64,000 nucleotides of DNA from a virus: the UHGV virus genome UHGV-0041117; one strand, 5' to 3'. Position numbers and translations under genes: made by a program. The notes under the pieces are model-generated. The model was not told where the DNA came from, did not search any database, and saw only the letters and a list, made by a program, of their open reading frames with translations. Within the stretch, counting starts at the first letter, position 1. Every line of letters starts with the position of its first letter. Below, piece after piece: positions 27,401-36,542 of the stretch.

Positions 27401-28199
27401 GTTCCTGCAGATACGGGTTCGCATCCCGGATACGCTGCTCGTACGCTGCCTGCCGATTGGCCCGCAGGAGGCGTTCGTCGGCAGACTCTCCGAGCATGGC
27501 CACGCTGTCCGCGAAACGGTTGGCACCGATTTTCAACTGGTCCCAGTATGTCCCGAGCCCAGAGGCTTCGTCGATGTCGCGTAGGCGCTGCTGCCGGGCA
27601 GCCTCATGCTCTTTGAGTCCGGCGTTGATGAGCAGGTCCGGCGGGAGATGCGTCATCTTCTGCAGGCGCGGGATGTCCTCCTTGCGGATGGACTCCAGGA
27701 CCTCGGCCTGTCCTTCCGTGGACAGCTCGTTGAGCCCCTGTAGTTTCTGTCGGACGCTCTCGTCGTGCTGCATCACGAACTCGGCTTTGCTGGCGTCCAT
27801 GGACGCCTTGTTCTGCAGAATGATTTCCTGGCTACTGCCCGGGACCCATTCCCAGATGTCATTGCCTTGGGCGTCCTTGCCGACGTGAATCATGGTGCCT
27901 TTGCCGGCACCCCGCGCGCCGCCGTACCCTCGGCCACCGCCACCGGTGACAGCACGATACAGAGCCGAAAGCTGACGGAGGTCAGCGGAGAAGTCCGGGG
28001 CCTTGAACGGCGTTATGCCGCCAGCAGCACGGGGGATGTCGTAAGGCATATCTCTACTCCAGGGGGATGGCGTCGATGAGTTTGCGCAACTCATCGTCGT
28101 AAGGCGACTCTGCGAGCCCGCCCTCTGCGGCAGGCGCAGCCCCGATGTCCCGTAAAGCCGATTCCAGGAGGTACCGGTTCGAGTGGTACTGGGCGTCAT
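24471..28199 (-). CDS. large virion protein (1242 aa), tape-measure-like or internal core protein with Gly-zipper segment
   Basis: Ala/Gly-rich GxxxG region (GAGIAGAAAGAAAGAAAGSVIPGVGTAVGGLLGSMLGG), extended coiled coils. Confidence 0.6.
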   Translation of the reverse strand: MTPSTTRTGTSWNRLYGTSGLRLPQRAGSQSRLTTMSCANSSTPSPWSRDMPYDIPRAAGGITPFKAPDFSADLRQLSALYRAVTGGGGRGYGGARGAGKGTMIHVGKDAQGNDIWEWVPGSSQEIILQNKASMDASKAEFVMQHDESVRQKLQGLNELSTEGQAEVLESIRKEDIPRLQKMTHLPPDLLINAGLKEHEAARQQRLRDIDEASGLGTYWDQLKIGANRFADSVAMLGESADERLLRANRQAAYEQRIRDANPYLQEQQRLEQEGRTDLLGRLASAPLDTIVGGAAETVGDLGAGIAGAAAGAAAGAAAGSVIPGVGTAVGGLLGSMLGGAAAGVPAGLGGYVRRVADDPTLTEAQKVQAVEEGAGAAMGVGAAANAIPFPAGAATRSVLQRAALRGFGGSQLAKAVRGGADDAAVERLLTDQAAKAAARGTASRYLHAVPETAAEGAAMAAGGTLGENLVYDAYAVPGTPLSEGVAESALFGAVMGPAFAPFNMRRTPMPAGYDANGNRLLEPPQEGDASASAAPTPTPINPAPDASAAAVPAAATAAPQPETPVSAGRRERMAAAKLERKLNGIEDANLRDALAKLFEGDGWKDVSHMRGDASELIAAAQSNANMLRTILNTFEQNGGRREDLLAAIDSRLSNKDFSKLSTRAERDRLTTMRDAFADEPVAEPVRAENPQEAPQEVPTAATPEPPVAEEIPPVVVRKRAAKARSQKATATEQETQAPIAPEQINITPADDAAALVPNADITAANLRTLEIMEGGHPDADTGSDAGSRRSAPAAPMAESRPEGQGGVDNANPPAGSPEQAPAAPVARTIAYATAPEIIAGSPTITRRRPAGASASGAGETPEAKRAARRARIEQAEAALRERSAGAAAEADATGSAGAGEQRAARSAGKGRRGNAADAGSNERPDAQASAGGTVAKAATKKAKKSSTTGTSSRYNYGEVNFKRVDTPNVATATVLYDALATAEEVLQRAQNRDAVIRAAASYSSRAHPHGVLTSARSALGHYIRNRDVPDPDMEAVLRADPNLATLGLDRLPDYNNQMAFILHGAQNPDDLLERVSKSNLNAQLMRESKLDQAIDRMMAARKQAVIDAAALQEALDTDAPSLGDVYKMLNENINFLRDTFGKKDKNGRPIISNAQNQSVLSIPARVLLREAQGRKLSKIDAARAKLLHDAGIPKPAPFIGIPDDLRKLCESCGIHLNAKDYNSVSLEEARELVATSRNTCEG

Positions 28200-28287
28200 T
28201 CATGTAACGCACCACGTCAGAGGGCTGCGACCCTTCGGGGCCACTCGCTGCCTGGATGGTATCAAGAAGCATACTCATGGGCAACCT

Positions 28288-29700
28288 CTAAGGAGCCGGG
28301 TAGTACACGGCAGGCGGGACCATGGCCGGTGCCTGCTGTGCTGCAGGACGGGCGACCGCCGACGGGAGCAACTGCGCAGGGGCTGCGTCCGCCGTGTACA
28401 GCGGGGCAGTGAGCTGCCGATACAGCATCGGCAGCAGGGCACGTTCTTCCGCCATACGCCGGGCCTGGATGCTGCTCCAGTATTCCCCCATATTCGCGGG
28501 AGCGGTTTCCACGACAGGCTGCGCGGGGGCGGGAGTGCGCGCGTACGGCTCTTGGTACCCGCTGGTGTACACCGGAGGCGGCGACACAGGGTCTTCGATA
28601 GGGGCCGCCAAAGGCATATGTGCAGCGGCCATGCCCGGTACCGGAGGCGTGATGAGAGGCGATGCCCCCCCCGCGCTGTAGGCATGGGCCGGAGCCATGG
28701 TGCGTCCCCCCGCTGGGACCGTGGTCAGTGTCGGGACTGCGATGGGGGAGGCCGCAGCTCCGGCGCTATCTGCACTGATGGGGGGAACTTCGATGCGGTA
28801 AGTAGCACTCCCTGCTGGCTGCGCCTGAGATGGATACGCCTGAGTAGCTGCACGTTGCAGCGCGGGGGACACCGGGATACCAGGTTTCGGGGAGGCCATG
28901 CCCGGAGCCTGCGGCGCTACAGAGGGCGTCTCTACGACTGCCGGGGCCGAGGGGCGCAGCCCAAGCGCTTCGCCCAAAGTGCTCCAGAACATACCCGGGC
29001 TGTAGGTGAATCCGCCCGAAGGCGAGTTGCCCGCAGGAGCCGTGCCACGCGCCGCCAGCACTCTGTTTGCTTCGGGGCTGGTGGCGTGCAGGAGCGCCTG
29101 CTCTACTAAAGCACCATACTGGTCGTCCATCCCGCCGGTATCATACGGGGCTCCACCGTCGATGTAAGGGTACGGTTCGGGGGCCGCGATGGGAAAAGGC
29201 TGCTGCTCACCCGACGGCTTCAAACGGTCCCGCCCTGCCGGAGGAAGGGTGTAGGGCTCGTGACTGGGTGCCATGGCCGGCCGAGCCGGAGCCGCTGTAG
29301 CGGGGGTGCTACGCGCCGGTGTCTGGGTAGCCGGACCACGTGCCGGTGCCGCACCCCCCGCCTTAGCAGCCGCGACAGGTTTCGCCGGTTGCGTGCTGAC
29401 AGGGGCTGCCATGAAAGGCCCTGCCACACTCATGGCCCGGGCCAGAGAGTCAGTAGGGACGCCGCTGACCACATGCGGGTAACGAGAGGGGAAGCCGATG
29501 AGCGGCTGCACCGACATCTGACCGTACGGGTCGACATAGGTGCGGAACGCGGCCGTCGCGTACGGGTCACGTTGGTACATAATGGGGGGGATACCGTACC
29601 GCTCGTACGCTTCCCGGACCCCGGGGGCAGCGTAATGCGCGCCGGAAGCCGGGTAGACCTCCTGCACGACAGGCGTCCTCTGCGGATTCGTTGTAGGCAT
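28288..29700 (-). CDS. Pro/Ala-rich hypothetical virion protein (470 aa)
   Basis: Long ORF, low complexity, in structural operon. Confidence 0.5.
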   Translation of the reverse strand: MPTTNPQRTPVVQEVYPASGAHYAAPGVREAYERYGIPPIMYQRDPYATAAFRTYVDPYGQMSVQPLIGFPSRYPHVVSGVPTDSLARAMSVAGPFMAAPVSTQPAKPVAAAKAGGAAPARGPATQTPARSTPATAAPARPAMAPSHEPYTLPPAGRDRLKPSGEQQPFPIAAPEPYPYIDGGAPYDTGGMDDQYGALVEQALLHATSPEANRVLAARGTAPAGNSPSGGFTYSPGMFWSTLGEALGLRPSAPAVVETPSVAPQAPGMASPKPGIPVSPALQRAATQAYPSQAQPAGSATYRIEVPPISADSAGAAASPIAVPTLTTVPAGGRTMAPAHAYSAGGASPLITPPVPGMAAAHMPLAAPIEDPVSPPPVYTSGYQEPYARTPAPAQPVVETAPANMGEYWSSIQARRMAEERALLPMLYRQLTAPLYTADAAPAQLLPSAVARPAAQQAPAMVPPAVYYPAP

Positions 29701-29715
29701 AAAACATCTACCTCC

Positions 29716-30165
29716 TTACATGCCGGACGGGGCTTGCGGCATATCCCAGCCGTAATAGGGGGGATACCACGGGCTGCCGCCCCAACCCCCCTGCGGGAAC
29801 ATCCCGGCAGCCATCCGAGACAGCAACTGCTGCTGGGCCTGCTGCTTCAACAGGGCGAGCTGTGGGGCGTACAGGGAAGCCGCCTGAGCCTCAGCCATGA
29901 GTGCCGGGTGCATAGCCATGTTCTGGGCAAGCTGCATCCCAGTGTTGGTGAGGGTAATCCCCGACAGTTTTCCCTGGTCGTACATCATGTCGATACGCGG
30001 CTGGAAGACCGCCTCATCGAAAGCATTCTGCAACTGCCCGGCTTGGACCCTGTTGTATTGGTTGAGATCGTTCCAGTTATCCTGCACTGCCATGCGCTCG
30101 CCCTCGACAAAGCCGGGGAGGGTGCGCCCGATGGCGGCAAACAGATTCCCGAAATCCAGTGCCAT
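29716..30165 (-). CDS. hypothetical virion protein (149 aa)
   Basis: ORF in structural operon. Confidence 0.5.
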   Translation of the reverse strand: MALDFGNLFAAIGRTLPGFVEGERMAVQDNWNDLNQYNRVQAGQLQNAFDEAVFQPRIDMMYDQGKLSGITLTNTGMQLAQNMAMHPALMAEAQAASLYAPQLALLKQQAQQQLLSRMAAGMFPQGGWGGSPWYPPYYGWDMPQAPSGM

Positions 30166-30175
30166 AGGTCATCTC

Positions 30176-31102
30176 CTAAAAAGCCATACCGCCGCCCGGA
30201 GCAGCGGCATTGACGGCGGTGTTGTTCGTACCTACGAGGCCGATGTTGCCACCCTGGCCCCCTGTCCCAAGGTACGTCGTCGGGTACACAGTGTCCAGCC
30301 TGGCCCCGTAGTAACCCAGGGCCATGGACAAACTGCTAGCGGCCTTGTTGGCGATACCACCCACATCCGACATGAGCGCTCGGGACACGTCACCATACTT
30401 GAGCGCCATGGACCCCAGGTTACGCCCCAGATTGAGGATGTTGCTACGGCGGTTCCAGCGCTGGTCGTTTTTGAAGTCGGTGAACCAGGTGTCATCACGT
30501 AGGTTGTAGTTTTCGGTGTCCACCAGCAGGAGGTTGCGTCCGAACTCTAGCTGGTCCACAGACGTGGGGTCGAGACAGAGACGCAATGCCCTGGCCTTCC
30601 GGGTCATATACGTCCCGATAGTGTCGTACGCGCTGCCGACCGCCTGAGACGCCCGGTCGCGGTCGTCGTCGCAATCCATCTCGCGGAGGGGTACTGACGA
30701 CGTTTCGTCCAGGATGCTCTCTTCCAGCGGGCGGTACCTTTTGTCAAAACGGTCCCATTTGTACTTTGCCTGCTGGTAGTACCCATTCGCCAGGTCTTGC
30801 TGTTTATCGGCAATCTGCCCCTGAATTGTAGCATTCAGCAGAGCGATGGCGAGCTGGGCCGCACGAAAGAAGTTTGTCCAGGCACTTTCCCCCACACCAC
30901 CATACTCAGGCGCGGCCCAGTGGCAGAAGCGCACCGGTGCCGGGGAGCCGTGGGAGCCGTTCAAGGACTTACCATACATCGTTTCGTCGATGAGCTGCCC
31001 GGTGCTCTCTATCTTCCCGGAAATGGTGCTGGCCGACTTATTGATGGCCTGGGCCACGGCCTGCGGATTCGCGCATGTACATTCAGCCATAACTACAACC
31101 AC
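30176..31102 (-). CDS. hypothetical virion protein, paralog A (C-terminal GYYG...YPTTY motif)
   Basis: 308 aa; C-terminal GYYGARLDTVYPTTYLGTG shared with adjacent gene. Confidence 0.55.
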   Translation of the reverse strand: MVVVMAECTCANPQAVAQAINKSASTISGKIESTGQLIDETMYGKSLNGSHGSPAPVRFCHWAAPEYGGVGESAWTNFFRAAQLAIALLNATIQGQIADKQQDLANGYYQQAKYKWDRFDKRYRPLEESILDETSSVPLREMDCDDDRDRASQAVGSAYDTIGTYMTRKARALRLCLDPTSVDQLEFGRNLLLVDTENYNLRDDTWFTDFKNDQRWNRRSNILNLGRNLGSMALKYGDVSRALMSDVGGIANKAASSLSMALGYYGARLDTVYPTTYLGTGGQGGNIGLVGTNNTAVNAAAPGGGMAF

Positions 31103-31866
31103 TGCCTCATCAGAGCTTCGCCAGCTTCGCTGGTATCATTGAACCTTCCCTGCGCGGGAGGTGCCTGCACCGGTGTGGCCCGCCCGGCCATGTATGTCGT
31201 CGGGTAGGCTGGCTGATTCCTGTTCAAATAATACCCGAGATATTGCCCGGCCCCGGTGAGGCCCTGCCATGCCTGGTCGAGCAAGTCACCATAGATACCA
31301 GCAGCGGCGGCCCCGAGCGAGACCGTATCAGAGATGATGTCGCGCCCGCGCTTTGCCGTGTTGAGGCGCTTCTCGAAACGAACGTCGTTGCGGGTCTCCA
31401 CGTAGGCACGCTCGTTACGGTACCCCAGCCCGTCGGCCAGGGCCACCGCATCTGCCTGTGCCCGCGACACCTGCACGAGGATGTCACCACGGAGTCCCGT
31501 GCAGTAGCGCGACATGCAGCGCATGGAATTGCGCAACTTCCCTTGAAACTCTATCCAGGCACTGGCCCGGGCCCGCCCACGGGCCACTTCGTAAAGGGGC
31601 TCGGCTTCTTCAAGCTGCAGGGCTTCGGCGATTTCCTGGTCTTCGACAGGGGCATAGGCGTTCTTGTAGTAGTCCATCCAGTTCTGGGAGATGCGCCAAT
31701 ACTTCTTGGCCATCTCCCATTCCTTGACGGCGATGTCGTATGCTTTGTAAGCACTGGTCGCAGCAGCAGCCAATGCCGCTGCAGCCAGCAAATCACCGAA
31801 CAGACTGCGTTCGCTGTCAGTTACCCCGTGCTTCTCGTTGCATCTGTTGTCACTGGCCAGCACCAT
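31093..31866 (-). CDS. hypothetical virion protein, paralog B (C-terminal GYYL...YPTTY motif)
   Basis: 257 aa; GYYLNRNQPAYPTTYMAGR. Confidence 0.55.
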   Translation of the reverse strand: MVLASDNRCNEKHGVTDSERSLFGDLLAAAALAAAATSAYKAYDIAVKEWEMAKKYWRISQNWMDYYKNAYAPVEDQEIAEALQLEEAEPLYEVARGRARASAWIEFQGKLRNSMRCMSRYCTGLRGDILVQVSRAQADAVALADGLGYRNERAYVETRNDVRFEKRLNTAKRGRDIISDTVSLGAAAAGIYGDLLDQAWQGLTGAGQYLGYYLNRNQPAYPTTYMAGRATPVQAPPAQGRFNDTSEAGEALMRQWL

Positions 31867-31872
31867 GGCGTG

Positions 31873-32355
31873 TTACCTCCGGCGCACGTAGCGCACCTGC
31901 TGGAAACGACTGGCCTCCTCCCACGTGAGGTCGAGCTGAGGCGCCCGGTCCCGGGGGCCGAGGGACAGCCAGAGCTCGTCGCAGGCCAGGAACCGCATCG
32001 CAGTGTGCAGATACTGGAACAGGCCGGCTTCCACCTCGGGATGCCCCTTGGCATACCAGTCTTCCACCTGGAACACCGTGGCGTTGTAGGGCAGAGGACG
32101 AAAGACCATGCCGATGAGGTAGCCGACCGGGTTATTGTGCTTGTCGTACGCCATGAAAATTTTCAGTCCCTTGTTGAACCACATGGCCGAAAAGGCCGGC
32201 ACATTCATGTCGTACGGTTTGCCATACGCGGCCTGCTTCTCATGCACCCACGAATCTGTGTACAGAGGGGCGAACTCTTTGGTCAGGGTCTCAAGGGCCA
32301 CATTGATGTCGTCGTCAGGTTCCAGGATGTCGTAACGGTAGTAGCTGTCGCTCAT
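31873..32355 (-). CDS. hypothetical protein (160 aa)
   Basis: ORF in structural operon. Confidence 0.5.
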   Translation of the reverse strand: MSDSYYRYDILEPDDDINVALETLTKEFAPLYTDSWVHEKQAAYGKPYDMNVPAFSAMWFNKGLKIFMAYDKHNNPVGYLIGMVFRPLPYNATVFQVEDWYAKGHPEVEAGLFQYLHTAMRFLACDELWLSLGPRDRAPQLDLTWEEASRFQQVRYVRRR

Positions 32356-32365
32356 TGCTCGCTCC

Positions 32366-34039
32366 TTAGCGTCCGCTATTTACGGTGAAGTGTGCTGTCC
32401 CCAAATCGAGGAAAGTCACTGGCTGGTCCCCTCGCAACTCCACCTCATACCACAGATGGCGTCCGATGCGAGGGATTCGTACTGGGGTCTCATCGTAGAT
32501 GAGCCGCGTGTAAGCGGCCTCTCCCCGTGCATTGTACAGCGTCATATCCACAGGGCCTCCGCCAATCTTGCACGAAACCGGAGACCACGCAACGCCCCGG
32601 GCCGGGGTCGCGCTGGCCATACGGTTGGCCCCAACCGCGTCCGGGCCCCCCGTCAACGGGCGGCTGCGCCAGTGATAGGGGCGCAGGGAATCAGCACTGT
32701 CCCAGGCCCAGACGGTGTCGTCTTCCAGCAGCAGGAGCTTGCCGGTGTTGGAGACCAGGCAGGCTACTGGCTTATCCGAGAGCGTGACCAGTTCTGCAGA
32801 TTCCATGTCCCCATAGGGGTCGCCGTTGATATTCAGCAGGAACGTGGCCATGTCCGTGGCGAAAAGGAGGAACCCTTCCCAGTATGCCATGCGGATAGTG
32901 TCGGGGCGGAGTTTCTGCCACTCCCGTTCGCCGAACCACTTCGCCGTCAGCAGATGCCATGCCCCGTTACTGCCCAGCAGGATGATGCCCATGGTCGAGG
33001 CATAGATGTACCCGTGCGGCGTCATCACGGCGGCATTGGCATAGCGGCACCCGATGTCAGGCAGGGGGGTCTCCACAGATACCACCGGAGAACACCGGTT
33101 CTCGTCACAGCTCGACGCGTCGATGATGTACGAGAAGGCGTCGGTAGTCACATAGAGCTTCTGGTCCAGCTCTCCCATATGCCGGATGTGGTAATCCAGG
33201 GTAAGGTCGTACTTAGCCGGCCAGTTGTGGGGCTGGAATGGCTCAGAGAAAAACACCCGGTTCCGCCGGAACCCAGCCAGGCGTATCTGGTCCCGGATAG
33301 ACACCACGCCCTGCATCCCAATGGGAGGCGTGCGGTCGTACTGAGTCTCGATGGCCGGGCCCAGGGCCACGGCCGGGAAGGTGTCCACAAACGACATGCT
33401 CGGAAACTCGATAGTCGTTACGTACAGGAACGCCGTCTGCGGTTTCTGAATCTTCCCATCCGCCGGGCGGAAGCCCGTCGTCGCCCGATAGATGTTGGCG
33501 GCTACGATGCCGTATCCATCAGGGGGCGTGGTGATGCCGGAAACAGTGACCGGCGTGCCGTCGTTGACACGCACAATGTTACTGGCGGGGCTGGGGGCGC
33601 TTTCTTCCCCCCACCGGTTGACGTAGGTGTAGACGTAGGAACGTGCGTCAGCTTCGCGGCTGCACTCACAGGTGGTCTCGGCCTTCGGTGGAGTGAGGGG
33701 GGCTGGAACACCAGCTGCGTAATACGTCGGATGGCAGTTCCGCGTCATCTCGACGACCTTGAGGCCGCCCCCCTCCACACCGGTGGTGTAGAACCGCGTC
33801 CAGTCAGGGCTCAGTTCCGCTGCTGTGACCACATCCGGCCATGATACGACGCAGCATCCATGCAGATGGAACGAGCGCGCTCCTGAGACAGCATCCGCGA
33901 AGTGCGCCCGCTCCCGCCAGGCTTCGAGGCGTCCATCCCGTAAGAGAGCGTCGTGTGCCATGGTCGCCTGCGTAGGTCCGAGGGAATGCTCGGACATGCG
34001 AGGGATGATACCGCCGAAACTGCTCAGAGTAGTGTTCAT
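32366..34039 (-). CDS. tail/baseplate-associated protein (557 aa)
   Basis: Large ORF between fibre-like protein and internal proteins. Confidence 0.6.
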   Translation of the reverse strand: MNTTLSSFGGIIPRMSEHSLGPTQATMAHDALLRDGRLEAWRERAHFADAVSGARSFHLHGCCVVSWPDVVTAAELSPDWTRFYTTGVEGGGLKVVEMTRNCHPTYYAAGVPAPLTPPKAETTCECSREADARSYVYTYVNRWGEESAPSPASNIVRVNDGTPVTVSGITTPPDGYGIVAANIYRATTGFRPADGKIQKPQTAFLYVTTIEFPSMSFVDTFPAVALGPAIETQYDRTPPIGMQGVVSIRDQIRLAGFRRNRVFFSEPFQPHNWPAKYDLTLDYHIRHMGELDQKLYVTTDAFSYIIDASSCDENRCSPVVSVETPLPDIGCRYANAAVMTPHGYIYASTMGIILLGSNGAWHLLTAKWFGEREWQKLRPDTIRMAYWEGFLLFATDMATFLLNINGDPYGDMESAELVTLSDKPVACLVSNTGKLLLLEDDTVWAWDSADSLRPYHWRSRPLTGGPDAVGANRMASATPARGVAWSPVSCKIGGGPVDMTLYNARGEAAYTRLIYDETPVRIPRIGRHLWYEVELRGDQPVTFLDLGTAHFTVNSGR

Positions 34040-34042
34040 ACG

Positions 34043-35380
34043 CTAGTCCCAAATCTCGTCGGCTGTGAGATTCTCCACGCTATCCACCGCTTTGACCGGC
34101 CGGATGCTCACGCTCAGGGGGAAGTCAGACGGGAACCCATCGGCAGAATGGATAGTCAGCACATGCTGCCCAGCCTGATAGACCCCAGACGGCACGACGC
34201 GTAGCTGGACGCTGCTGGAGAAATCCAGCGTCGTTTCTGCTGCCAACGAATCCTGCCCCCCATTGATGACTGTTTCTGCAGTAGCCGTGGTCGAAAGTCG
34301 CATGATGTTATTCTGCACGACTTCATCGAGTCTGACCTGTACTTTGCCGGCCCAATCCCTATCGGCCACAGTGGCGATGTCGATGACGATAGGGGCCGTA
34401 TGCCGCAGAGTGAACGTGACATTACGACGCACGACTCCCGCAGCAGGTGCTGGCAGGAGGGCGAAAATCTCTGTCCCCGGGGCCCCTGCATCAGTGATGG
34501 ATACCACCGAACCGTACTCGTTGACTTCGACATCATACTGCCCCCAAGCGTATGTTCCCGCCGGGACTTCGAGTATTCGGTTGATGTTGAACACCAGGTT
34601 CTTCGTGTCGAGCTGGACATCGAAGCCGCCGAACCGGTAGGTGCCCTCCAAACCATGGGCTGGTTTGGCGATGCCGATAGTAGCGATTCCGGCCTTCTGC
34701 TCCATCTGCACGTCGATGCCGTACCCTGCGGCTATCCCATTGATACCAGAGGCCCCGGGGTCATCGTAGCTTTCGAGATGCCCGAACTGGTCGAACGTCA
34801 TCCCATTGATGGTGCCCTGGTATCCGCCGGTAGTATGAGAAATTTTGAGGGGGTCTTTCCCTGTCCCACTGCCAGCCACTTCGACACCGGTATTCCCGGC
34901 TTTGACCACGAAGGCCTCGGTAGAGATGTTCGCAGCTACGACAAAAGGGTTCCCGGACGTACCATCACCGGAGACGGTGACATTGTCCCCACCTCGGATG
35001 TTGCACCGCACAAGTGGGCGGCCCACAGTATCGCACTGGTAGAGGTTCCCAGCAGTCGCAGACGGGTTACAGAGATTGCTCCCTTCGGTATCCCCGGAAG
35101 CACAGTCAGCGGGAACCTGGGAGCAGGGTGGGGCGACGTAGAGCGGGAGGTCAGCTTTCTCGACACCGACAATGCAGCCACCTGAGACGATGACTTTACC
35201 ATACACCCCATCAGCCGGGGGATTGCCAGGTGCTACTTTGACACAGCGCCCATCAGACCACATGCGCCCCCCAAAGGGGAGGCATATTTCCCACACTGGG
35301 CAGTCCGCAGGGGCACCGGGGGTCACGACATCTACTGGTTCGCAATTCGCCGTAGGGCGGGGGATACATTTGTTGGTCAT
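34043..35380 (-). CDS. tail fibre/receptor-binding-like protein (~445 aa)
   Basis: ATG 35380 (MTNKCIPRP) preceded by GAGG; Cys/Gly-rich N-terminus, beta-rich body. Confidence 0.55.
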   Translation of the reverse strand: MTNKCIPRPTANCEPVDVVTPGAPADCPVWEICLPFGGRMWSDGRCVKVAPGNPPADGVYGKVIVSGGCIVGVEKADLPLYVAPPCSQVPADCASGDTEGSNLCNPSATAGNLYQCDTVGRPLVRCNIRGGDNVTVSGDGTSGNPFVVAANISTEAFVVKAGNTGVEVAGSGTGKDPLKISHTTGGYQGTINGMTFDQFGHLESYDDPGASGINGIAAGYGIDVQMEQKAGIATIGIAKPAHGLEGTYRFGGFDVQLDTKNLVFNINRILEVPAGTYAWGQYDVEVNEYGSVVSITDAGAPGTEIFALLPAPAAGVVRRNVTFTLRHTAPIVIDIATVADRDWAGKVQVRLDEVVQNNIMRLSTTATAETVINGGQDSLAAETTLDFSSSVQLRVVPSGVYQAGQHVLTIHSADGFPSDFPLSVSIRPVKAVDSVENLTADEIWD

Positions 35381-35450
35381 GGCGATACCTCGTGTGTCAG
35401 TGATACCGTAAAGCGCCGAGAAAGAAAAGCACGGTACTTGACACGTCTGC

Positions 35451-35480
35451 GGAATCGTGATTGGATGTCCGCAAGGGACA
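35451..35480 (+). promoter_or_regulatory. promoter-like TTGACA box on strand opposite to flanking genes
   Basis: TTGACA-17 bp-TTGGAT. Confidence 0.25.
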
Positions 35481-35582
35481 GGAGTGGTGCATCTCTCCAT
35501 TGCCGCCGAAGTCTGGTCGCCAGAAAACCAGGCATCGGAAATACCAGGGAAGAGGCCTCCGGCGGAAACGCTGGGGGCCTCT

Positions 35583-35615
35583 TGACATTTCCAGGCCTGG
35601 ATGATTGTATAGAGC
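35583..35615 (+). promoter_or_regulatory. promoter-like TTGACA box preceded by hairpin (GAGGCCTCC...GGGGGCCTC)
   Basis: TTGACA then TTGTATAGA about 17-20 bp downstream. Confidence 0.3.
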
Positions 35616-35847
35616 CATGCTACGCTCGTTTCGGTCTCCTAATGGTGCAGGGACGGGCAGCCTTCTGTAGCCGCCGAATTGGCAGAGGAAGTAGGCTTCA
35701 CAGACTGGCGCGAGGAAGGCGGTCCATCCCTGCCCTGGGGGGCAGATACCCGGCCCATAACGGGATACGAGACACTGCAGTGAATCAGCCAAGCCCGCTA
35801 CGCTGCCTTTACTGCACGCTGGCATACGGCATCACCTCATCCTAAGA

Positions 35848-35884
35848 AAGCAAAACCCCGTCTCGCGACGGGGTTTTGCCGTTT
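35848..35884. terminator. bidirectional rho-independent terminator
   Basis: AAAACCCCGTC-TCGCG-GACGGGGTTTTG; flanked by A-run upstream and T-run downstream, so it would terminate on both strands. Confidence 0.75.
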
Positions 35885-35891
35885 CTGGGGC

Positions 35892-36542
35892 CTATAGCGC
35901 CCGACCAAAATTCATCTTCACGATACCGCGCTGTTTCCGCAACGACCGGTCCACAGCAGCGCGCCCGAGCATCCTGTTGTACTCATTGTACAACTCGCCA
36001 CCGACCTTGAGATTTGTCCACGGTCGGCCAGTAATCAGCATGATGCCGGCCCTGGTCCCCATGATGAGCGTAGGGAACAACTCATCCCGAAAAGCAGCCG
36101 GCAGCACGCAGGCCGTAGGCGCGGGCACCACCGACATGTCCACGGCCACGACGCCCCCCTGGTTGAGGTGCAGGGTAAGGACTTCCTCGTCAGGGTCATA
36201 CCAGGCTTTGTCCCCCGCAGCACAGCACAGATGCTCCGGTGCCGAGAACGACCTGGGGACCTGGTGCGAACCGCACTCCTCATTGCCTGTCGGAATGTGC
36301 CGCAACCCTGTGATAGCGACCATGGTCATGCCATCCGGGGATTTCACAGCGTAACGGGTGACTTCGGGCTGGAGCGTGATGCGGACGCGCCTATGGATAA
36401 GAGGGGCGCGCCGGCACATGTCCGTCGCAGTACGCAACAGGTAGTAGTCGAACAGCTCGACAGGAAGGTCGGGCCACTCGAAGCGCAGCTCGCTGTGGAA
36501 CTCACTTAGCGGGACTGTCGGGAACGGCTCGTAGACGACCAT
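35892..36542 (-). CDS. hypothetical head/neck protein (216 aa)
   Basis: RBS GGAGAAGAGAG; ORF. Confidence 0.55.
   Translation of the reverse strand: MVVYEPFPTVPLSEFHSELRFEWPDLPVELFDYYLLRTATDMCRRAPLIHRRVRITLQPEVTRYAVKSPDGMTMVAITGLRHIPTGNEECGSHQVPRSFSAPEHLCCAAGDKAWYDPDEEVLTLHLNQGGVVAVDMSVVPAPTACVLPAAFRDELFPTLIMGTRAGIMLITGRPWTNLKVGGELYNEYNRMLGRAAVDRSLRKQRGIVKMNFGRAL

Noticed and set aside
31873-32355. GNAT acetyltransferase assignment for the 160-aa protein
   Set aside because: There is only a vague resemblance to motif A; no Q/RxxGxG/A acetyl-CoA loop was found, so it is left as hypothetical.
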